Positions 30,774 through 39,624 of a DNA stretch of 64,000 nt are shown here, piece by piece. The number at the start of each line of letters is the position of its first letter. Position 1 is the first letter of the stretch. The notes beneath the pieces are model-generated. The model ran no database searches. It had not been told where the DNA came from and was given only the letters and a program-made list of their open reading frames with translations. Location of the stretch: assembly GCA_040390125.1 (NCBI GenBank), contig JAZJYZ010000001.1, positions 163,698 to 227,697 on the forward strand, given 5' to 3'. The position numbers were made by a program, and so were the translations under genes. Source of the DNA: Patescibacteria group bacterium. GTDB lineage: Bacteria; Patescibacteriota; Minisyncoccia; Phycocordibacterales; Phycocordibacteraceae.

Positions 30774-30802
30774 ATAATAGCATATTAGAAACCTTCTGTC
30801 AA
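30774..30802 (-). promoter_or_regulatory. Near-consensus sigma70-type promoter on the minus strand: TTGACA, 17-nt spacer, TATTAT
   Basis: -35 at 30797-30802 and -10 at 30774-30779 (read as the reverse complement); exact 17-nt spacer. Confidence 0.5.
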
Positions 30803-30906
30803 GTATTTCTATAGTGAGTTCAACAAGTAAGTGTACCACTCCAGACTTCTAAGGGGGGGCACCTTTGGTAAAATACCGAGGTTTCGTCGTGGTATTTTTA
30901 GGTTTC

Positions 30907-30935
30907 TTGCATCTTTTAGGTGCTTTGTGTATAGT
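30907..30935 (+). promoter_or_regulatory. Candidate promoter for the rplC operon: TTGCAT, 17-nt spacer, TATAGT
   Basis: Hexamers with an exact 17-nt spacer, about 120 nt upstream of rplC. Confidence 0.45.
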
Positions 30936-31014
30936 AGCTGAAACGCTACGTTTGCCTCCGAAACATCGAAAGGGTTGGACCCTTCGACAAGCTCAGGGTA
31001 AACCAATGGTATAT

Positions 31015-31047
31015 CGCACACTGCGAATACCGGTGTGCGTTTTTCTT
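31015..31047 (+). terminator. Leader hairpin cgcacac..gtgtgcg followed by TTTTTCTTT, 10 nt upstream of the rplC start; a candidate attenuator
   Basis: 7-bp GC-rich stem with a T-run; an alternative upstream hairpin cgaaaggg/cccttcg lies at 30967-30986. Confidence 0.45.
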
Positions 31048-31056
31048 TAAACAAAA

Positions 31057-31665
31057 ATGAAATTTCTTATCGGTACAAAACAGGGAATGACACAGGTCTT
31101 CAATTCAGCAGGTCACGCTGTGCCTGTTACCGTTATACATGCGCCAAAGGTTACAGTGACCCAAGTAAAGAACGTGGAGACTGATGGCTACAAGGCAGTG
31201 CAGGTAGGGTACGGTGAACAAAAGCAATCACGCATTGCAAAACCACAGCAACCTAAAGGAAATGTTCGTGGGCTTCGTGAGTTTCGTTTCGACGGAGCTG
31301 AGGCTCTTGAGGTCGGTGCCACATTTGATGTCACTGCTTTCTCAGAAGGTGAAAGCGTCGTTGTTTCAGGAATTTCAAAAGGAAAAGGTTTCCAGGGCGT
31401 CGTAAAGCGATACGGTTTCAAAGGAGGTCCTCGTACACATGGTCAGAAACATTCTGAAAGAGAGCGTGGTTCTTCAGGAGGAGGCCCAGGCCGAGCAGGT
31501 GGTCGCGTCGTGAAGGGTATGCGCATGGCAGGCCGAATGGGTTCTGACCGTGTGACTGTTCCAAATCTCGAGGTCATTCGAGTGGACAGTGTAAAAAATG
31601 AGATTTTTGTTCGTGGAGCAGTTCCAGGACGAAAGGGAACAGTAATTGAGATTCGTGGCAAATAA
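31057..31665 (+). CDS. rplC: 50S ribosomal protein L3
   Basis: 202-aa ORF reading as L3 (MKFLIGTKQGMTQVF... N-terminus, Gly/Arg-rich middle region). Confidence 0.95.
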   Translation: MKFLIGTKQGMTQVFNSAGHAVPVTVIHAPKVTVTQVKNVETDGYKAVQVGYGEQKQSRIAKPQQPKGNVRGLREFRFDGAEALEVGATFDVTAFSEGESVVVSGISKGKGFQGVVKRYGFKGGPRTHGQKHSERERGSSGGGPGRAGGRVVKGMRMAGRMGSDRVTVPNLEVIRVDSVKNEIFVRGAVPGRKGTVIEIRGK

Positions 31666-31666
31666 T

Positions 31667-32347
31667 ATGAAAGCATCTATATACAACACAAGTGCAAAAG
31701 AAGTAGGGGAAATCGAACTCCCAGATAGCATTTTCGGTGTAAAGCGAAATGATGCCTTGGTGCATCAGGTTGTTCTTGCCATGCAGGCAAACGCTCGCAC
31801 ACCAGTGGCTCACACGAAGGGTCGTGGTGAAGTACGAGGAGGAGGTAAGAAGCCATGGAAGCAAAAAGGCACTGGACGAGCTCGTCATGGTTCTATTCGT
31901 TCTCCTATTTGGAGAGGAGGAGGCACCACACATGGTCCTGTAAAGGAACGTGATTTCTCGCAGAAGATAAATAAGAAGATGCGCGCAAAAGCAGTTGCAA
32001 CAGTTCTTTCAGAAAAACTCCGCAAAGGAAAAATGATTTTTGTTGACTCGCTTTCCTTCAAGGCTCCAAAGACAAAAGATGCAAAGGCAACCCTCGGAGG
32101 TCTTGCTAAGATTGCAGGATTTGCAGAGCTTGCTACCCGAAGAAATAATGCAGCGCTCATTCTTCTTTCGAAGCATGATGTTGCTGCAGTAAAGAGTTTC
32201 CGCAACATGAAGAATGTGATGGTTGATGAAGCAAGAAATGCAAACCCTGTTGACTTGCTTACCTACCGATATATCCTCATTGTAGATCCACAGGTTGCTG
32301 TTAAAACCCTCTCATCCCGCCTTTCTGATATTAAAGCTAAAAGCTAA
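31667..32347 (+). CDS. rplD: 50S ribosomal protein L4 (start at ATG 31667; C-terminus ...IKAKS encoded by AAAGCTAAAAGC repeats)
   Basis: 227-aa ORF reading as L4 (RGEVRGGGKKPWKQKGTGRARHGS... central region); position between rplC and rplW. Confidence 0.9.
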   Translation: MKASIYNTSAKEVGEIELPDSIFGVKRNDALVHQVVLAMQANARTPVAHTKGRGEVRGGGKKPWKQKGTGRARHGSIRSPIWRGGGTTHGPVKERDFSQKINKKMRAKAVATVLSEKLRKGKMIFVDSLSFKAPKTKDAKATLGGLAKIAGFAELATRRNNAALILLSKHDVAAVKSFRNMKNVMVDEARNANPVDLLTYRYILIVDPQVAVKTLSSRLSDIKAKS

Positions 32348-32374
32348 AAGCTATAACCTAAAAGCTGACTATAT

Positions 32375-32782
32375 ATGGCACTTTTCAACACAAAAAAGAA
32401 TACGAAGAAGGCGAAGGAATCGATTCCAGAATCGAAGTCTGTTCTCCCTGAAAGCTCTAAGCCAAAAGCCAAAAGCTCTTCTGAACGTCCTTCTGCTCTC
32501 GCTGAGTATGCCAATGTTTTGGTACGCCCTCGCATTACCGAGAAAGCAGCAAACATGACCGCACAAGGTGTGTATACATTTGATATTCGCAAGACCGCAA
32601 CAAAGAAGGATGTTGCTAAGGCGGTACACGCACTCTACAAAGTGATGCCAATTAAAGTGAATGTCGTAAATACACCAGCAAAACGTGTGCAGATGAGAAA
32701 GAAGCGTGGTTTTGGTAAGACTGCTGCATCAAGAAAAGCTCTTGTATTTTTAAAGAAAGGTGACACTATCCGTTTCTCATAA
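32375..32782 (+). CDS. rplW: 50S ribosomal protein L23 with a roughly 40-aa K/S/P-rich N-terminal extension
   Basis: L23 core VLVRPRITEKA...; position between rplD and rplB. Confidence 0.88.
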   Translation: MALFNTKKNTKKAKESIPESKSVLPESSKPKAKSSSERPSALAEYANVLVRPRITEKAANMTAQGVYTFDIRKTATKKDVAKAVHALYKVMPIKVNVVNTPAKRVQMRKKRGFGKTAASRKALVFLKKGDTIRFS

Positions 32783-32800
32783 ATTTTTTACTATACGCAT

Positions 32801-33664
32801 ATGTCTTCTACACGAAATTACAAAGCACGCACCGCATCTACTCGTCACATGAGTGTGATTCGTTACCGGGGTGTTGTGACGACCAGCAAGCCTCTAAAGT
32901 CTTTGACGAAGGGTAAGAAAAACCGTGCAGGCCGAAACTCTTTTGGTCGTATTACAACTCGCCACCAAGGAGGCGGACACAAACAGCAGGTGCGCATGGT
33001 TGATTTTATGTTCGCTAAAAAGAACATCTGGGGCAAGGTTGAGCACATTGAATACGATCCCACTCGCTCAGGTTTCATTGCTCGCATTGTAGACATAGAC
33101 GGAGAGCGCCGATACATACTTGCACCGAAGTCTTTGAAAGTTGACGATAAAGTCATCACTTCTGAAACTGCCCCAATCACTCCTGGAAATCGTCTTCCTT
33201 TGAAGAATATTCCAATTGGAACATTCATCTACAACATTGAGATTCATGCAAACGGGGGTGCGAAGATTGCTCGAAGTGCTGGCAATCATGCCGAGCTTAT
33301 TGCACTTGACGCTGGGTACGCTCAAATCAAGCTCCCTTCAACTGAAGTTCGCAAGGTGGTAGACACTGCATGGGCATCCATTGGCGAGGTTTCAAACGAT
33401 GCACATCATCTTGTCATCATTGGTAAAGCAGGTCGTTCTAGACACATGGGTATCCGCCCAACGGTACGTGGTACTGCTATGAACCCAGTTGACCATCCAC
33501 ACGGAGGAGGTGAAGGCCGTCAGGGTCGTGGACACAGAAGGCAACGCACTATGTGGGGTAAGCCATCAGGAAAGGGTCAAAAGACACGAACTCCAAAGAA
33601 ATACTCCAATCCGTTCATTGTTTCTCGTCGCCGTGTTGGAAAGAAGAGAACAAAGGGAGCGTAA
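32801..33664 (+). CDS. rplB: 50S ribosomal protein L2
   Basis: 287-aa ORF reading as L2 (Gly/His/Arg-rich C-terminal half ...GRNSFGRITTRHQGGGHKQ... and ...DHPHGGGEGRQGRGHRRQ...). Confidence 0.95.
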   Translation: MSSTRNYKARTASTRHMSVIRYRGVVTTSKPLKSLTKGKKNRAGRNSFGRITTRHQGGGHKQQVRMVDFMFAKKNIWGKVEHIEYDPTRSGFIARIVDIDGERRYILAPKSLKVDDKVITSETAPITPGNRLPLKNIPIGTFIYNIEIHANGGAKIARSAGNHAELIALDAGYAQIKLPSTEVRKVVDTAWASIGEVSNDAHHLVIIGKAGRSRHMGIRPTVRGTAMNPVDHPHGGGEGRQGRGHRRQRTMWGKPSGKGQKTRTPKKYSNPFIVSRRRVGKKRTKGA

Positions 33665-33673
33665 ATTTCAGAA

Positions 33674-33709
33674 TAAAAAATCCCCCGCCATATATGGCGG
33701 GGGATTTTT
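33674..33709. terminator. Strong palindromic terminator aaaaaatcccccgcca tatatggcgggggatttttta, right after rplB
   Basis: 12-bp GC-rich stem flanked by A/T runs. Confidence 0.7.
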
Positions 33710-33727
33710 AGTTGTACAATATAGGAC

Positions 33728-36700
33728 ATGAACGTTATTTCTCGAAGTGTCAATTTTTCGTTTCTTTTTTTCGGGATCTCTTTTGCTTTGGTAGCAGTGC
33801 TTTTTGTTGCATTGCCAACGCCTGTTCATGCTGGTCCTCAAACTGGTGGTTGCGGAGAATCTTGGGGATATGAGTATACCGTAGTAGTAAACCCGTATAC
33901 GCCATTTACTCCTGCTCATGATGCCTGGCACTCACTTCACGGCGGTGATAGCTACACGGTACAGAGTGCATATCAAATAGCTAGCGTTGGTGATGAGGGA
34001 TGTCCTGTTAGTGATCCACCATACATAGCCCCTACTGTTGGCGTTGTCGTAGTTCCTTTAACTATTACTGCGGGTGAATCTTCCCAGCTTGCGTGGGGGG
34101 CCGAGAATACACTTTCTTGTACGGGCACGAACTTTTCAACTGGCTCGGCCACTCAAGGTGTAGTCACTGTTTCTCCAACAGTGACTACAACCTATTCTGT
34201 TAGTTGTACTGACGGTGCTACTACTGTATCGTCGAGTGCTACGCTATTTGTTAATCCACCACCTGTACCCACAGCATCTCTAAGCGCAAGTACAAATTCT
34301 ATTGTCTCAGGGAGCCCCTCAACGCTCACGTGGAATTCCACGAACGCCACTTCGTGTGCAGGTACTAATTTTTCAACCGGCGGAGCAACGGCAGGATCTG
34401 TGAGCGTTTCGCCAGTGAGTAGCACTTCATACCTTGTATCTTGCACAGGGCTTAGTGGATCGGCTTCAGCTTCTGTTACTGTCACCGTAACGCCTCCAGT
34501 CCTCCAAGCAAGTTGTTCAGTTTCATCCACGTCTGCCATTGTTGGGCAAGCAGTCACGTGGACTGCCGTACCTTCCGGTGGTACCGGCTCCTACACGTAT
34601 TCCTGGAGTGGAAGTGATAGTCTTTCAGGTACAGGAAGTTCAGTTTCGAAATCATACTCATCGACGGGTACCAAAACTGGCTCTGTTAGTGTCACCTCTG
34701 GATCGCAAACAACTTCGGTGACTTGCTCGAACAGTGTGTCGATAAGTAATGCTCCAGTTGCTGTTTCTTGTTCAGTATCTCCAACCTCTGCCACCGTCGG
34801 TAGCTCTGCTACGTGGAGCGCAAGTGCCTCAGGTGGCACCGGCTCCTACACGTATTCGTGGACTGGTACTGACAGTCTTTCCGGCACGGGTGCGTCTGTA
34901 TCCAAAACATATTCCACGACGGGAACAAAAACTGGATCGGTAACGGCAACCTCCGGCGGACAATCGGCTACAGCAAATTGTTCAAACAGTGTAGTGGTGA
35001 GTAACACTCCAGTAACTGGTTCTTGTTCGGTGTCGCCATCTTCTCAAACAACAGGCAGTGCCGTCACGTGGAGCGCAAGTGCTTCCGGTGGCACCGGCTC
35101 GTACAGCTATGTATGGAGTGGCACCGATAGTCTTTCAGGCAGTGCCAGTTCCGTTTCGAAGACGTATTCAAGCACTGGCACGAAGAGTGGCTCAGTAATA
35201 ATTACTTCAGGGGGAAATTCTACGAGCGTGACCTGTGCAAACTCGGTATCAGTAAGTTATCCGGCAATTACCGGCTCGTGCTCTGTGTCGCCTACAACTA
35301 TCACCGCAGGTGGTTCTGCAACGTGGAGTGCAAGTGCTTCTGGTGGCTCCGGTTCCTACACGTATTCTTGGAGTGGTACGGACAGCCTTTCTGGCACAGG
35401 CACATCAGTCACAAAAACCTACTCCAGTTCGGGTGCGAAGACTGCCTCGATTACTATTACTTCAGGCGGAAGTTCCGAGGTAATTAACTGCTCTAATGCA
35501 CTCACGGTAGGTAATGTGCCGGTAGGTGGTTCCTGCTCTGTAACGCCAACCAGTATGTATGCCGGTAGTTCTGCAACATGGACTGCTGTACCTTCAGGTG
35601 GCACCGGCTCGTACACGTATGTATGGAGTGGCACTGACAGTCTTTCAGGTACTGCTAGCTCGGTTTCAAAAACGTATTCAGGAAGCGGTATTAAGACGGG
35701 TTCCGTCGCAATCACTTCAGGAGGAAATTCTGCTACTGTGACGTGTTCGAATTCTGTTGCAGTGAGTGTGACGTTGTCGGATCTCATTACTGGTGCTGTG
35801 TCTCCAACTTCTGCCGTTGCAGGTGTTGCACAAATGTTTTCTGCAACAATCACCAACATTGGGCAGTCTGGGACGAATGGTGCTTTCACGAGTTTATTCC
35901 AGCGAGCAACATCTGCAGGTGGTGCAAATACGACCGATATTGGCACCGATGGCTCTCCGAGTGTGTCTGCAAATGGTACAGACGTGGCTGGGCTTTCGTA
36001 TGCGTTTCCCTCAGGAGGTATTTGGTACTTACGTGTTTGGGCCGACAAAAGCGGAACGGCGGATTCGGGGGCCATTAATGAGTCGAGTGAAAGCAATAAC
36101 TCAGGTGCATGGACTGCAATCTCTGTGTCGAGCCCAACATTGAGTGCGTACTGTAATGTCGCACCTGCCTCGGGATATTCTGGAGATACATTTACGTGGA
36201 CGGCATACCCATCTGGTGGCACCGGCTCCTACACCTATTCGTGGACTGGCAGTGACGGACTCTCCGGCACCACGCAAAGTGTTGCAAAATCATATTCGAC
36301 TTCTGGCACTAAGACTGGTTCCGTGACGGTGGTTTCTGGCGGGCAATCGGTAGGTGCCACATGTGCATCTGCAAATCTATCGAATGTTCCAAGTGCGCTC
36401 ATAACCGCAACTCCAAATTCTATTATTCTTGGCAACACGTCTCGTCTTGACTGGACTTCTTCAAACGCATCTTCCTGTAACAGTTCTGCTTTCTCGACCG
36501 GCGGGGCACCATCGGGTTCCGTAACCGTTACCCCTTTAACTACAAAAACCTATGACCTGACCTGTACTGATGGCACACGAACAGGTGTCTCTAGCGCAAC
36601 GGTGACCGTCGTTCCTGTTGGACTCACGCTTTCAATCAATCCTTCAACGACAGTTCGTCAAGGGGATCCTGCAACAGTTAACTGGTCAGTGAGTGGAAGT

Positions 36701-36871
36701 CCTGATTCTTGTTCAATTCAGGGTCCTGGTCTCTCATCAACCGCTCTCTCTGGGTCACGGGTAGTGACTATTACTGCGGAGAGCACTTACGTCCTCACGT
36801 GTACCTCAGGAGGTTCTTCGATAACCACTTCAGTCACTATAGGCCTGACCCCCCACTTTGAAGAGTTTTAA
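33728..36871 (+). CDS. Giant 1047-aa secreted Ser/Thr/Gly-rich tandem-repeat protein. It has a signal peptide, 6 copies of an 85-aa Cys-bracketed module (CSVSPTS..TW.A.ASGGTGSYTYSW.GTDSLSGTG.SVSKTYS.TGTKTGSV...C.NSV.VSN) and 4 copies of a second roughly 70-aa module (L.W.S.NA.SC....FSTGGA..GSV.V.P....Y.L.CT). It is inserted between rplB and rpsS
   Basis: Uninterrupted 3144-nt ORF; about 255-bp nucleotide-level tandem repeats (ggtggcaccggctcctacacgtattcgtgg recurs at 34576, 34830, 35088, 35342, 35596, 36212); hydrophobic N-terminus ending ...PTPVHA. Confidence 0.8.
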   Translation: MNVISRSVNFSFLFFGISFALVAVLFVALPTPVHAGPQTGGCGESWGYEYTVVVNPYTPFTPAHDAWHSLHGGDSYTVQSAYQIASVGDEGCPVSDPPYIAPTVGVVVVPLTITAGESSQLAWGAENTLSCTGTNFSTGSATQGVVTVSPTVTTTYSVSCTDGATTVSSSATLFVNPPPVPTASLSASTNSIVSGSPSTLTWNSTNATSCAGTNFSTGGATAGSVSVSPVSSTSYLVSCTGLSGSASASVTVTVTPPVLQASCSVSSTSAIVGQAVTWTAVPSGGTGSYTYSWSGSDSLSGTGSSVSKSYSSTGTKTGSVSVTSGSQTTSVTCSNSVSISNAPVAVSCSVSPTSATVGSSATWSASASGGTGSYTYSWTGTDSLSGTGASVSKTYSTTGTKTGSVTATSGGQSATANCSNSVVVSNTPVTGSCSVSPSSQTTGSAVTWSASASGGTGSYSYVWSGTDSLSGSASSVSKTYSSTGTKSGSVIITSGGNSTSVTCANSVSVSYPAITGSCSVSPTTITAGGSATWSASASGGSGSYTYSWSGTDSLSGTGTSVTKTYSSSGAKTASITITSGGSSEVINCSNALTVGNVPVGGSCSVTPTSMYAGSSATWTAVPSGGTGSYTYVWSGTDSLSGTASSVSKTYSGSGIKTGSVAITSGGNSATVTCSNSVAVSVTLSDLITGAVSPTSAVAGVAQMFSATITNIGQSGTNGAFTSLFQRATSAGGANTTDIGTDGSPSVSANGTDVAGLSYAFPSGGIWYLRVWADKSGTADSGAINESSESNNSGAWTAISVSSPTLSAYCNVAPASGYSGDTFTWTAYPSGGTGSYTYSWTGSDGLSGTTQSVAKSYSTSGTKTGSVTVVSGGQSVGATCASANLSNVPSALITATPNSIILGNTSRLDWTSSNASSCNSSAFSTGGAPSGSVTVTPLTTKTYDLTCTDGTRTGVSSATVTVVPVGLTLSINPSTTVRQGDPATVNWSVSGSPDSCSIQGPGLSSTALSGSRVVTITAESTYVLTCTSGGSSITTSVTIGLTPHFEEF

Positions 36872-36896
36872 TTTAGCCGTTTAGTGCTATTGGACC

Positions 36897-36926
36897 CTTT
36901 GTGCAACCTCCGGAGGTTGCACAAAG
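36897..36926. repeat. REP-like perfect palindrome ctttgtgcaacctcc|ggaggttgcacaaag (left flank of the transposase gene)
   Basis: The exact palindrome is shared with 37648-37689. Confidence 0.65.
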
Positions 36927-36945
36927 AGTGTGGTAGCCTAAATTG

Positions 36946-37638
36946 ATGCCTAAAGCATTACCAAAGTCGCGAGAAGGAATTGCTCCGGGGGAGTATTATC
37001 ATATTGTTAATCGTGGCGCTCATCGACAGACGATCTTTAAAGAAAAAAGCGACTGGCGCCGATTTCTTTTTAATGTGTTGTTTCTTCAATCTCCACATCA
37101 ATTTAAAAACATACATCGGATTACGGAAAGCTTTCTTCCAGATATTGGCTTTGCTGTCCCTAACGAAGATATCGAGGCTATCATAGAGAGTCGTTTTGTA
37201 GAAGTGGTTTGTTTTTGTCTCATGTCAAACCATTTTCACTTACTGGTCAAAGAAACTACTGAAGGCGGAATCGCACGCTATATGCAGCGTGTCTCTGACG
37301 GATACACAAAATATTACAATGTTAAATATGAAGCTACTGGGCATGTATTTCAGGGTCCATACAAAGCGGTGCATGTAAAAACAGACTCTCAGCTTCTCTA
37401 CACATCCGCCTATATTCATAGAAATCCTCGTGACATACGAGAGTGGTCAGGGAAGGAGTTTGAATACCCGTGGTCGTCACTCCAAGATTTTACTGACGCA
37501 AATCGATGGGGAGGACTCATAGTGCCCGAGATTGTTACGGGTCAGTTTTCCGTCACACCTAAAAGTAATTATGCTGATTTTGTTAAAACAACAACCGCCA
37601 AACTTTTAGCTGAGGAGCTTGAAGGCATCATTCTATAA
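36946..37638 (+). CDS. IS200-like / REP-associated tyrosine (Y1, HuH) transposase
   Basis: YHIVNRG..., HuH motif CLMSNHFHLLVKE, catalytic-Tyr region YTSAYIHRNP; 230 aa. Confidence 0.75.
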   Translation: MPKALPKSREGIAPGEYYHIVNRGAHRQTIFKEKSDWRRFLFNVLFLQSPHQFKNIHRITESFLPDIGFAVPNEDIEAIIESRFVEVVCFCLMSNHFHLLVKETTEGGIARYMQRVSDGYTKYYNVKYEATGHVFQGPYKAVHVKTDSQLLYTSAYIHRNPRDIREWSGKEFEYPWSSLQDFTDANRWGGLIVPEIVTGQFSVTPKSNYADFVKTTTAKLLAEELEGIIL

Positions 37639-37647
37639 ATTTCCTAC

Positions 37648-37689
37648 AACGCCATTTGTGCAACCTCCGGAGGTTGCACAAATGGCGTT
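37648..37689. repeat. REP-like perfect 42-nt palindrome aacgccatttgtgcaacctcc|ggaggttgcacaaatggcgtt (right flank)
   Basis: Perfect 21-bp arms; the core is identical to 36897-36926. Confidence 0.65.
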
Positions 37690-37781
37690 GACAGGAGGCG
37701 GGTGATTGGGATAGTATGCCCAAAGCTCGTGAGGGCGCATTTTTCTTAGTGCGTACCTGTTTGGGTAATACATACAACACA

Positions 37782-38141
37782 ATGGCTCGCTCACTTAAAA
37801 AAGGTCCCTATGTTGCACACAAGCTTCTAAAGAAGATTGATGGCAAGAAGCCTGCAACGACAGCCCCTATAAAGACATGGGCACGTGCATCTGAAATCAG
37901 CCCTGAAATGGTTGGCTTTGTTTTTCTTGTTCATAACGGTAAGGATTTTCCAGAAGTATTTGTTACAGAGGAAATGGTAGGACACCGTCTTGGTGAATTT
38001 TCGGCGACAACGAAATTCACTCGTCACGGAGGTAAGATGCAGAAAGAACTTGAGCAGAAGAAGAAAGAGTCTGAAATTGCAGCAGCACAAGCAGCCAAGG
38101 CTCCAGCAGACGGAAAAACTAAAGCTCCGGCAAAAAAGTAA
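37782..38141 (+). CDS. rpsS: 30S ribosomal protein S19 with a lysine/alanine-rich C-terminal extension
   Basis: [19 protein letters not shown]...; start at ATG 37782 within the longer track ORF. Confidence 0.9.
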   Translation: MARSLKKGPYVAHKLLKKIDGKKPATTAPIKTWARASEISPEMVGFVFLVHNGKDFPEVFVTEEMVGHRLGEFSATTKFTRHGGKMQKELEQKKKESEIAAAQAAKAPADGKTKAPAKK

Positions 38142-38166
38142 TTTTTTGATACATAGCATTTAGAAT

Positions 38167-38511
38167 ATGAAGGCGACACTTTCCAACTACAAGCAGACTC
38201 CACGTAAAACAAGGCTCGTTACTGAACTTGTAAAAGGTAAGAGCATTGACGCAGCGCTTCTTGCGTTGAAGTTCTTGGACAAGCGTGCGGCTACGCCAGT
38301 TGCAAAACTTATTGCATCCGCCGTTGCAAACGCCGAGAAGCAAGGAGAAGACGCTCGCACCCTCGTGGTACAAAACATCACTGTTAACAAAGGACTCGTT
38401 GCTATGCGTTCTATGCCACGTGCATTTGGTCGTTCGTCCCCAATTCGTCATCGTATGAGCCACGTAACCGTTACTTTGGGTAAAGCTAAAGTCGCCAAGA
38501 AAAAGAAATAA
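38167..38511 (+). CDS. rplV: 50S ribosomal protein L22
   Basis: L22 sequence; operon position. Confidence 0.93.
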   Translation: MKATLSNYKQTPRKTRLVTELVKGKSIDAALLALKFLDKRAATPVAKLIASAVANAEKQGEDARTLVVQNITVNKGLVAMRSMPRAFGRSSPIRHRMSHVTVTLGKAKVAKKKK

Positions 38512-38512
38512 T

Positions 38513-39193
38513 ATGACAAAAATTGTACATCCATACGCACACCGCCTTGGCATTCTTCGTGACTGGCAGAGTCGCTGGTTTGCAGGTTCTGCAAAGAAGA
38601 ACCGTGAATTCATTCGCACCGACGCAATGATTAGGCAGTTTTTGAGCAAGCGTCTTCGTGGTTCTTACGTGTCGCATGTAGAAATCGAACGTTCCCAAAA
38701 AGATTTGCGTGTACAGATTCATACCGCACGCCCTGGTATGGTCATTGGACGCTCGGGTGAGGGAGCAACAAAACTCAAAAAAGACTTACATCAAATGTTG
38801 AAGAGCATGCAACTTGCATCAGTGCCTTCACTCCACCTCGATATCATTGAAGTACGCTCGCCTGAATCAAATGCTGCCATTGTTGCTGGTATGGTTGTGG
38901 AAAGTCTTGAAAAAAGATTGCCATTTCGTCGAGTGTTGAAGCAGACCATCGATAAAGTGATGGCGAACCGAGATGTGAAAGGTGTACGTATTGGCGTTTC
39001 CGGCATGCTCGGCTCTGGCTCAATGTCACGCACCGAAGAATTGAAGAGGGGGCGCATTCCTCTTCAGACATTTCGTGCAGACATCGACTATGCGCAGGTT
39101 GCGGCTAATCTTCCTTTGGGCAAAATCGGTGTAAAGGTATGGATTTATCGTGGCGATGTATTCGCTGACGACACGATGCGACCAAAAGTATAA
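38513..39193 (+). CDS. rpsC: 30S ribosomal protein S3
   Basis: 226-aa ORF reading as S3; position between rplV and rplP. Confidence 0.95.
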   Translation: MTKIVHPYAHRLGILRDWQSRWFAGSAKKNREFIRTDAMIRQFLSKRLRGSYVSHVEIERSQKDLRVQIHTARPGMVIGRSGEGATKLKKDLHQMLKSMQLASVPSLHLDIIEVRSPESNAAIVAGMVVESLEKRLPFRRVLKQTIDKVMANRDVKGVRIGVSGMLGSGSMSRTEELKRGRIPLQTFRADIDYAQVAANLPLGKIGVKVWIYRGDVFADDTMRPKV

Positions 39194-39202
39194 TTTTTCT
39201 AT

Positions 39203-39622
39203 ATGTTGTTCCCAAAAAAAGTAAAATACAGAAAGTGGCAACGCTCACGCGTGAACCCAAAAAAGAAACAGGTGGCAACACGTGGTATTACGCTTGCGTT
39301 CGGTTCCCACGGATTGAAAGCTATTTCTTCTGATCGTATTTCATCAAATCAGCTTGAGGCTGCTCGTAGAGCAGGAGCAAGACTCTTGGGTAAAACTGGT
39401 CGTGTGTGGATTCGTGTATTTCCTGATCGTCCTGACACAAAGAAGGGAGGGGAGTTGCCGATGGGTAAAGGTAAAGGCGACCCGTACCGCTTTGTTGTGG
39501 AGGTAAAGCCAGGCAGAATTCTTTTTGAGATTGATGGCGTTACTGATGCAATTGCTCGGGAGGCACTCCGTAAAGCTGCGACGAAATTGTCAGTTAAGAC
39601 GACCGTAATTGCTCGCCACTAA
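39203..39622 (+). CDS. rplP: 50S ribosomal protein L16
   Basis: L16 sequence. Confidence 0.95.
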   Translation: MLFPKKVKYRKWQRSRVNPKKKQVATRGITLAFGSHGLKAISSDRISSNQLEAARRAGARLLGKTGRVWIRVFPDRPDTKKGGELPMGKGKGDPYRFVVEVKPGRILFEIDGVTDAIAREALRKAATKLSVKTTVIARH

Positions 39623-39624
39623 AT

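Larger units (their letters stand above)
36897..37689 (+). mobile_element. Compact IS200/IS605-family or RAYT-type element: a Y1 (HuH) transposase gene flanked by two copies of the same 30-42-nt palindrome, inserted in the S10 operon upstream of rpsS
   Basis: Palindromes at both ends; HuH transposase ORF between them. Confidence 0.55.

Noticed and set aside
35419-36222. 267-aa minus-strand ORF, with further antisense ORFs at 34192-34557 and 34591-34839
   Set aside because: Antisense to the tandem-repeat protein gene; the repetitive sequence gives long stop-free frames on both strands.
33728-36871. Regular ~255-bp direct repeats that could be mistaken for a CRISPR-like array
   Set aside because: The repeat unit is long, imperfect and entirely protein-coding (85-aa modules); there is no short repeat with unique spacers. 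No CRISPR array or cas genes are present.
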